A stretch of 64,000 nt of DNA from Torpedo marmorata (taxonomy: Eukaryota): assembly GCA_977017645.1 (NCBI GenBank), contig OZ360251.1, forward strand, positions 36,270,001 to 36,334,000. The letters are read 5' to 3'. Below are positions 59,501 to 64,000 of this stretch, piece by piece (positions within the stretch are counted from its first letter, which is position 1; each line of letters starts with the position of its first letter). The notes beneath the pieces were generated by a model. That model was not told where the DNA came from and did no database searches. It saw only the letters and a program-made list of their open reading frames with translations. The translations under genes were made by a program, and so were the position numbers.

Positions 59501-60746
59501 TAGAAGGAGATCATTAGGAATAGTAGGCAGGATGTTGGACAGAATCACCCGCTGCTCAGCAGACTCAAAAGCGTCCACCTGCAGGAACATCCCACCCACC
59601 TCAATCCCCTTACTGATGGCCAGGGCCGCCGCCTTAGCAGTTTTTAAATAAATCACAGCCTTCCCATCCATCTTTGCTGCTATGGCTGAGGGGCCAACAA
59701 CCCTCACCAGTCTCCAGCTTTGAAAGTCAGTTGCAAGTAGATCTTCACCGCACGTCCACCATCCAGCGATCCAAAAGGACTCCGGGTTACAGGGGCCGCT
59801 GAAGCTGCTGCTGCCGCATAACTCCTGGAGGGCCCAGGTCTTTCAGGAGACTGGGCGGACATATTTGAAACAGTTCAAAATCCAAGATGAGATCGAGAAA
59901 GTTCTGTTGATTGAAGAGTGTTGAAGGGAAGTCCTCCAACCACTGTGCAAGCTGGCTCCCTGGCAATCTTCCAACACCTCCTGAAAGTTAGGCCAAGGCT
60001 TTCAGGCCTTCGAAATACCACTGATTTACCTTCTTTAACGAACCACTAAGGTTAACAAACAATGGAACAGGCAGGGGAATCGTTGACTTTGAGATGTTAA
60101 CGAGCAAATTAGGCAAAAAGCTGGTGTTTTGCAGTGGAGGAGGTCCACCCTGGCAGACTGCCAGCCAATTACTCGATCCGCGTCATTGGAAAACCAGAGT
60201 TAAATTCCCAAAGCAGCAAACTCCTCTTCACGAAAAGTCCTTCAGAGCACTCCCACAATACTAACACAAATCCTCCTTCAGTCTCCAAGACTTTTGAAAG
60301 AGGAGTGATTATCTTCCAAATTCCTTCCCAGCGATGCAGACCGTGACTTCACTCTGTGTCTGACCCTGGGAGTGTGTGATGGGACAGTGCAGAGGGAGCT
60401 TAACTCTGTGCCTGACCCGGGAGTACGTGACGGGAGGGTGCGGAGGGAGCTTCACCCTGACCTCTCTCCCCTCTCCTCCTCACAGGTTGAAACATTCTTC
60501 ACTGACCTGTACGTCAACAGGAGCCAAGGTATCCTCCTGCATAACACCTTCCGTCAGCCGCAGAAGAACACCAACCGTGTCTGGGCCTCACAGGGAGCAT
60601 CCAGAGCAACTACGACCCTCGCCCCCATCCTTACTGTCTTTCCCACAGCGGGAAGCCCCCTTACAAGCTGGGCCCACCCTCTCTGCCTGCTGCTGCCACT
60701 GGCCTCGATCTGGTTGGGGGGCTTGAGCCCATCCTGCACTGAGTAG
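29448..60746 (+). CDS. Secreted/GPI-type alpha-carbonic anhydrase (CA4/CA15 group), spliced: join(29448-29505,31120-31149,32610-32777,36190-36338,36959-37048,37816-37888,44827-44990,60486-60746), 330 aa
   Basis: All seven introns are GT-AG with compatible phases, giving a 993-nt open frame. Signal peptide, [20 protein letters not shown] (H94/H96), GSEH, ELHIV (H119), [17 protein letters not shown] and a hydrophobic C-tail. The CY..DPKC motif resembles CA15; orthology is not established. Confidence 0.93.
29991..30229 (-). mobile_element. 5S rRNA-derived SINE, copy 2
   Basis: Same 5S head and tail as 1803-2038, ending in (TTTACC)n. Confidence 0.85.
30288..30535 (+). mobile_element. tRNA-derived V-SINE-like element
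   Basis: GGCACGTTAGCGTAGCGGTTAGCGC...GGTTCGAATCCC head followed by the V-type core. Confidence 0.8.
30643..30956 (-). repeat. 51-bp minisatellite, about 6 units, inverted relative to 33046-36100
   Basis: Reverse complement of GGGTCAGACCACACCGGGAGCACCGTGCACAGTTCC. Confidence 0.95.
31120..31149 (+). CDS. CA coding exon 2, 30-nt microexon ([10 protein letters not shown])
   Basis: TTTTTCTTCAG| acceptor, TG|GTAAGT donor, phase 1-1. Carries the Tyr7 equivalent and two Cys. Confidence 0.9.
31235..32540 (+). repeat. 45-47-bp minisatellite (GTACAGATATCCCCCTGAGAGAGAGGGACGGAGAGACACCGGTCAGT), interrupted by a Rex1/Babar 3' end at about 31525-31755
   Basis: Direct tandem units. The inserted piece matches about 48585-48815. 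Confidence 0.92.
32610..32777 (+). CDS. CA coding exon 3
   Basis: [22 protein letters not shown]...KHTKHT; CCCCAG| acceptor and TG|GTGAGC donor. Confidence 0.93.
33046..36100 (+). repeat. 51-bp tandem array, about 60 units, in CA intron 3
   Basis: Unit GGGTCAGACCACACCGGGAGCATCGTGTACAGTTCCTGTCTCCGTATCCCT. Confidence 0.98.
36190..36338 (+). CDS. CA coding exon 4 (zinc ligands H94, H96; E106)
   Basis: VRVTT...[28 protein letters not shown]; TTTTGCAG| acceptor and GAG|GTGAGG donor. Confidence 0.96.
36959..37048 (+). CDS. CA coding exon 5 (H119)
   Basis: LHIVNIRK...[11 protein letters not shown]; CCACAG| acceptor and GAG|GTACC donor. Confidence 0.93.
37816..37888 (+). CDS. CA coding exon 6
   Basis: [24 protein letters not shown]; TTTCTCAG| acceptor and TG|GTATGT donor. 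Confidence 0.9.
37958..38460 (-). repeat. 45-47-bp minisatellite, inverted relative to 31235-32540; resumes at 44482-44710
   Basis: CTCTCAGGGGGATATCTGTACACTGACC units. Confidence 0.9.
39015..43671 (-). mobile_element. Full-length Gypsy LTR retrotransposon B in CA intron 6
   Basis: 272-bp LTRs at 39015-39286 and 43400-43671 with two visible substitutions. TSD ACTTT. PPT at 39287-39301. The polyprotein is closely related to that of element A. Confidence 0.97.
39424..43375 (-). pseudogene. Gag-Pol of Gypsy B with one frameshift near 41712
   Basis: [13 protein letters not shown]...LFDTGS is in one frame and YLDD/RNase H/integrase in another. The shift falls in a G6 run. There is also a short in-frame deletion (KNGAKVDY vs KGAKSRMVVDY) and the first integrase Asp reads Asn (INYKG). 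Confidence 0.9.
44827..44990 (+). CDS. CA coding exon 7 (T199/T200 loop)
   Basis: [26 protein letters not shown]; TTCTGCAG| acceptor and CTG|GTGTGT donor. Confidence 0.96.
45010..45720 (+). repeat. 50-bp minisatellite (GGGACGGTGCGGAGGGAGCTTCACTGTGTGCCTG...), block 1
   Basis: Exact 50-nt period. The same family occurs at 52970-53748 and 60346-60462. Confidence 0.95.
45721..48942 (-). mobile_element. Tx1-type element 1, internally deleted, with nested Rex1/Babar
   Basis: T-rich tail at 45721, ORF2 C-terminus ([14 protein letters not shown]...FREQWAP), 5' end CACGGTCTGCATC. Flanked by ACTTCACTGTGTGCCTGACCCC and ACTTCACTCTGGGTCTGGCCCC. Confidence 0.8.
46830..48821 (+). mobile_element. Rex1/Babar-clade LINE, 5'-truncated
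   Basis: [60 protein letters not shown] and KFANDT motifs; (TTCTGA)n tail. Confidence 0.92.
48965..52970 (-). mobile_element. Tx1-type element 2, non-autonomous composite
   Basis: Poly-T at 48965 plus about 200 nt homologous to the other Tx1 3' ends. The 5' end TGTCTGTATCGAGCTGGGAG resembles GGTCTGCATCGCTGGGAAG of element 3. The interior holds a 33-bp array. Confidence 0.6.
49302..52265 (+). repeat. 33-bp tandem array, about 90 units
   Basis: Unit GGACCGCTCCTCGCCCAACAGACCCCGGGAACA. Confidence 0.98.
52970..53748 (+). repeat. About 51-bp minisatellite, block 2
   Basis: GTGATGGGACGGTGCAGAAGGAGCTTCACTCTGTGTCTGACCCAGGAG units. Confidence 0.95.
53749..60345 (-). mobile_element. Tx1-clade LINE, element 3 (both ends present, decayed, endonuclease region missing, nested CR1)
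   Basis: ORF1 remnants at about 59035-59890 ([35 protein letters not shown]). ORF2 RT at 55026-56648 ([39 protein letters not shown]). Exact 19-bp TSD ACTTCACTCTGTGTCTGAC at 53730-53748 and 60346-60364. Confidence 0.93.
56648..58652 (+). mobile_element. CR1 LINE, 2-kb 3' portion nested in Tx1 ORF2
   Basis: RT ORF at 57335-58573 ([35 protein letters not shown]); (GTTATATG)n tail. Confidence 0.95.
60486..60746 (+). CDS. CA terminal coding exon 8 with GPI-like hydrophobic tail
   Basis: CCTCACAG|VETFFTDLY...HNTFRQPQ...RVWAS, a Ser/Thr/Pro spacer, [18 protein letters not shown] stop. Confidence 0.9.
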   Translation, partial: VETFFTDLYVNRSQGILLHNTFRQPQKNTNRVWASQGASRATTTLAPILTVFPTAGSPLTSWAHPLCLLLPLASIWLGGLSPSCTE

Positions 60747-60810
60747 CCCCTCCCTCCCCACACTTCAGGCAGCCTTTAGGCACGGGAGGGGCTGCGTTTG
60801 GGAAGTTTTC

Positions 60811-60831
60811 AATACAAAGAATCAAATTAAA
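60811..60831 (+). terminator. Candidate poly(A) signals of the CA gene
   Basis: AATACA (60811) and ATTAAA (60826), 65-85 nt after the stop codon. Confidence 0.55.
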
Positions 60832-62099
60832 TCAAATTGGAGACGTCTCACCTGTCTCCCTGCTGTTCTCTTCCATCCTCCCTCTCACCTCCTCCATCAC
60901 TCTCTCCCCTCCATCTCTCACCCCCTCTCCCTCCCCCACCTCCTCGCTCTCTCTCCCTCCTCCACCTCTATCTCTCCATCCTCCCACAATCCTACCCGTC
61001 TCTCACCACCCCGCCCCTCGTTCCACAGCAGATTCCCTGGATGGCATGGAGACCTCGTGAGGCAGGGGTGTGTGAGGTTGTGGTGGGGGCGGCAGGACGG
61101 ATCTGCGATTGCAGCGACTCTCCTCCCTCCTCCCCCGCGTCCGAGGGTCAGAACTCCCCTGGGACACCACTACCCTCAGTTGGGATCGCACTGTGCGATT
61201 CTCTCCTGGGATCGGGTTCTGGTTCAAACCCTGCGCCGGTCGTGATCGTGAGACGTGAATGATTGCTTGCTGATTAAACCGCACTGTGTAACCGAAACCC
61301 TGGGTCTGTGGTGGTGCTCTCGGGACCCCCGCGGTGTGTGGGGGGAGGGGGGGGTGAGTAAGAGGAGGACGATGGCAGTCGTCACATCGGTGAGGTCGGA
61401 TGCTCCCACACTCCCCCACACTCAAATGATGCAAGTGCGACAGGTTGGATACTCCATCATTTTATTCTGGATCACACTCAGAGCCCCAAGTCCCGGACCG
61501 GATCAGATCAGGAGTTTAAACTCCAGAACCTACTCCCCCAGTGCCGGACTGGAACAGTGCAGAGCGGACCACACATACAACCTCCTGGGTACTCGACCGG
61601 ATCACACACTGAGGCGAGTCCACCCGGTCCTGGACTCGATCAGTCAGGACCGGATGAGTCGGGACTGGACCTTAACCCAACTCCTCAGGACCGAGACTGA
61701 ACACGACCAGCCCACACTCTGAAACACCCCAAGCTACCCTCAGGTTCCGGACCGGATCAGTGTGGACTGGAGCTCGTGCCGAACATCTCCCCAAAGCGGT
61801 CCGGACACAGATCCGTCACCGAGACTCCCAGTGAACCGGCTCCGGGACACGGGTATTCCGTGCCTGGTGTCTGCCCCCACGACGCACCTCTCCTCTGCCC
61901 AACCCTGGCCGTCCCCTGCAGCCCCTTGGCTGAAACCTATCCTTGCTCCCCTCCCTCTGCACATCCTGCCCCCTTCTCCTGGGGCAGGGGCTCTGGCCCC
62001 AGGAGGGGTGTGACCCCTCCGCCGCCCCCTCCTGAAGGGGAGTCTCCGTCATTGGGGAAGTGTCGGAGGGTTGGGCCCTGGCGCCTCCCTCCTGCGGAG

Positions 62100-62635
62100 T
62101 CACCGTGCCGCGGACCCCAGAGGGAGGGTGTCGGGCGTGGAAGCCCCTCCAGGGGCGACGGGAGCGAGGGCCGCGAAGATGGGGGGCCAGGGGGTCAGGC
62201 CTGCGAGGGGCAGTAGTAGGAGGAGGGCAGGGCGACACAGAGGGTTCCCGCTGTTCCACGGCGTGATTCTGTTCATCGGCGGGCTGGGGGAGGAAGGAAA
62301 GGAAGGTTAGTGGGGGGGGCAAAGGGGCGAGAGGGAGGGGTAGGGGAGGGAGAGAAAGGGGAGGGTGGGGAGAGTGGTGGGAGAGCGGTGGAGAGTGCGG
62401 GAGGGAGGGGAGGGTGGGGGAAAGTAGGGGAGAGTGGTGGAGAGTGCGGGAGGGAGGGGAGGGTGGGGGATGTGTACATGGGGAGGGGAGAGTGTGGAGG
62501 GGGGGGGTGGAGGAGGGAAGAGGGTTACCTGTCCCAGCTCCACTTGTCGTGGACACCAACCACATTCCTCCCCCGTCTGTACCAAACCCCGTCCCCTTCC
62601 CGGGCGAACGCACCCATGCGCCATATTGCCTTCAT
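62100..62635 (-). CDS. Candidate two-exon small ORF, join(62635-62529,62283-62100), 96 aa, unknown product
   Basis: Donor CAG|GTAACC; CTAAC branch point, pyrimidine tract and CAG acceptor; frame preserved; hydrophobic stretch PALLLLLPLAGL; AATAAA at 61466-61461. No recognisable homology. Confidence 0.3.
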
Positions 62636-62779
62636 CAGACCTGTCCCCTAGTCTTGGTGTTCTGGACCCCATCCCGGGTGTAAGAGCCGTAGGCTTGGTT
62701 ACTTACCTTAATTGCGGCGTTCCGATGGTCTCAGCGGGGTTCAGAGGAGACAAGGAGATTAGTGGGCTGTGCTGGGCCT

Positions 62780-62918
62780 ATTGAATACTCTGCGCATGCG
62801 CAGTTGGGAAGTGATGGCAGTATGCGTGGTGGAGTATGCACGGTGAAGTATGCGCAGTTGGAGCATGCGCGATTCGGAGAAGAAGGATTAGAAAAGATGG
62901 CGACCAAGGAGGGTGAGT
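62780..62918. promoter_or_regulatory. CpG-rich promoter with NRF1 palindrome and YY1-type motif; candidate first exon ending at 62912
   Basis: CTGCGCATGCGCAG at 62790-62803, further GCATGCGC-like sites, AAGATGGCG, ATGGCGACCAAGGAGG|GTGAGT. Double YY1-type AAAATGGCGGCCATCTT at 63335-63351. Confidence 0.65.
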
Positions 62919-63701
62919 GAGATCGCCATATCTTTCATTGACCGTCAAAAGAACGTTTAAAGGACATTTAAAGCCTAATTTAAAGGATGTTTAAATGAGT
63001 GTTAAAAGAATCGTTTAAAGGAAGTTTATAGATGTTTTGAAGAATCGTTATTAAGCATCATTATCAAGAATTGTTTATATTTCATTAAAGAAGATATTTA
63101 AGTTATTGAAGATTGCTACAAGTCATCATGTGTTAATAAACATTTTGAACATAATTGGACTTTGTTAGTAAATTAATTGAAACGCGTCAAGAACAAGTAT
63201 CTCACCTAGCCTCCAAGTGACTATTTGTTGGATTGAAGTCACTATATGTTAGTCAATGAAAGATTTATTGCTTGGAACAGAAAATTGAAGGAAAGAAGAT
63301 AGAATAATCTCTGCTTTGGATTGATATTTAAAATAAAATGGCGGCCATCTTGGAGATGCCTCGAGTTAGGGGCAGTTTGTAATCCACATCCATCTGCCAT
63401 GACTAACAGCCAGAGAGGGATTTAAAGCTTCAAATCTTATAGTAAAGTGTACTATAAATACGTTGGAGAAAGCATTTCTGAAAAATCAGCGATATTATTG
63501 ACGGATGTCGTGGTGGAAACTCGTTTGTGAATAGCAGCACATTACAGTCATCTGAAGTGGTAGGCATAAGTCTGTGGACTCCTTCTGTGTATCTTTGGCA
63601 AGTTAGAACACAGATTGGATTTGCTGCCGCTAGTTCATTGGGGACTGTTGATTTGGCTAGTGTTGTGTATGCTCGAAGGACAGTGGAAAAAGACGAGTAA
63701 A

Positions 63702-63979
63702 ATGGCCGCAGCTGACGCAGCAACCGCTGATGTTGCTGTTAAGGATAAACGTATTGAAGACATGAAGGTTGCAGATATTAAAGAAGAATTGAAGCGAAAG
63801 AAACTAGATATAAGTGGAAAAAAAAGGGTTCTCATCGCAAGACTGAAGCTGAACAAGAAGACAGCAACGTGGAAATGGCTGAAATTGTGTCATCAAATGG
63901 TGATGAAGAAAATGAAAAGGATGAAGAAAATGAAGAGGATGAAGATGCAAAGGATGTACATTTCAAATTGTTGAAGGAG
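63702..63979 (+). pseudogene. SAP-domain exon, SLTM/SAFB-like N-terminus, apparently frameshifted; gene continues past the window
   Basis: MAAADAATADVAVKDKRIEDMKVADIKEELKRKKLDISGKKRVLIARLK fits the SAP consensus. The acidic continuation (EAEQEDSNVEM...DEENEEDED) is in the -1 frame and ends at GAG|GTAAGT. Confidence 0.65.
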
Positions 63980-64000
63980 GTAAGTAAGAAGACAACATCT

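Overview
Repeat-dense vertebrate genomic DNA with five N-gaps. The CR1/V-SINE/minisatellite repertoire suggests a cartilaginous fish, probably a ray (inference). The main host gene, which the ORF track misses, is an 8-coding-exon alpha-carbonic anhydrase on the + strand (29448-60746, 330 aa). It has a signal peptide and a GPI-type tail (CA4/CA15 group), with intact zinc ligands but CA III-like Phe198/Arg67 substitutions. Around and inside it lie two near-full-length L1 LINEs, two young Gypsy LTR elements (one with an intact 1290-aa ORF), many CR1 fragments, Rex1/Babar copies, tRNA- and 5S-derived SINEs, and several minisatellites. Most notable: (1) three Tx1-type elements inserted at the same position and orientation in a 50-bp minisatellite, pointing to a minisatellite-targeting retrotransposon family; (2) both Gypsy elements lack a tRNA primer-binding site and instead carry a covarying 13-bp pairing between the post-LTR leader and the LTR poly(A) signal, plus a U5 hairpin; (3) a 3-kb 51-bp satellite derived from a CR1 coding motif; (4) inverted minisatellites bracketing in-frame exon blocks; (5) a bidirectional CpG/NRF1/YY1 promoter between a candidate spliced minus-strand smORF gene and a SAP-domain (SLTM/SAFB-like) exon. 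All calls were made by eye; no database searches were run.
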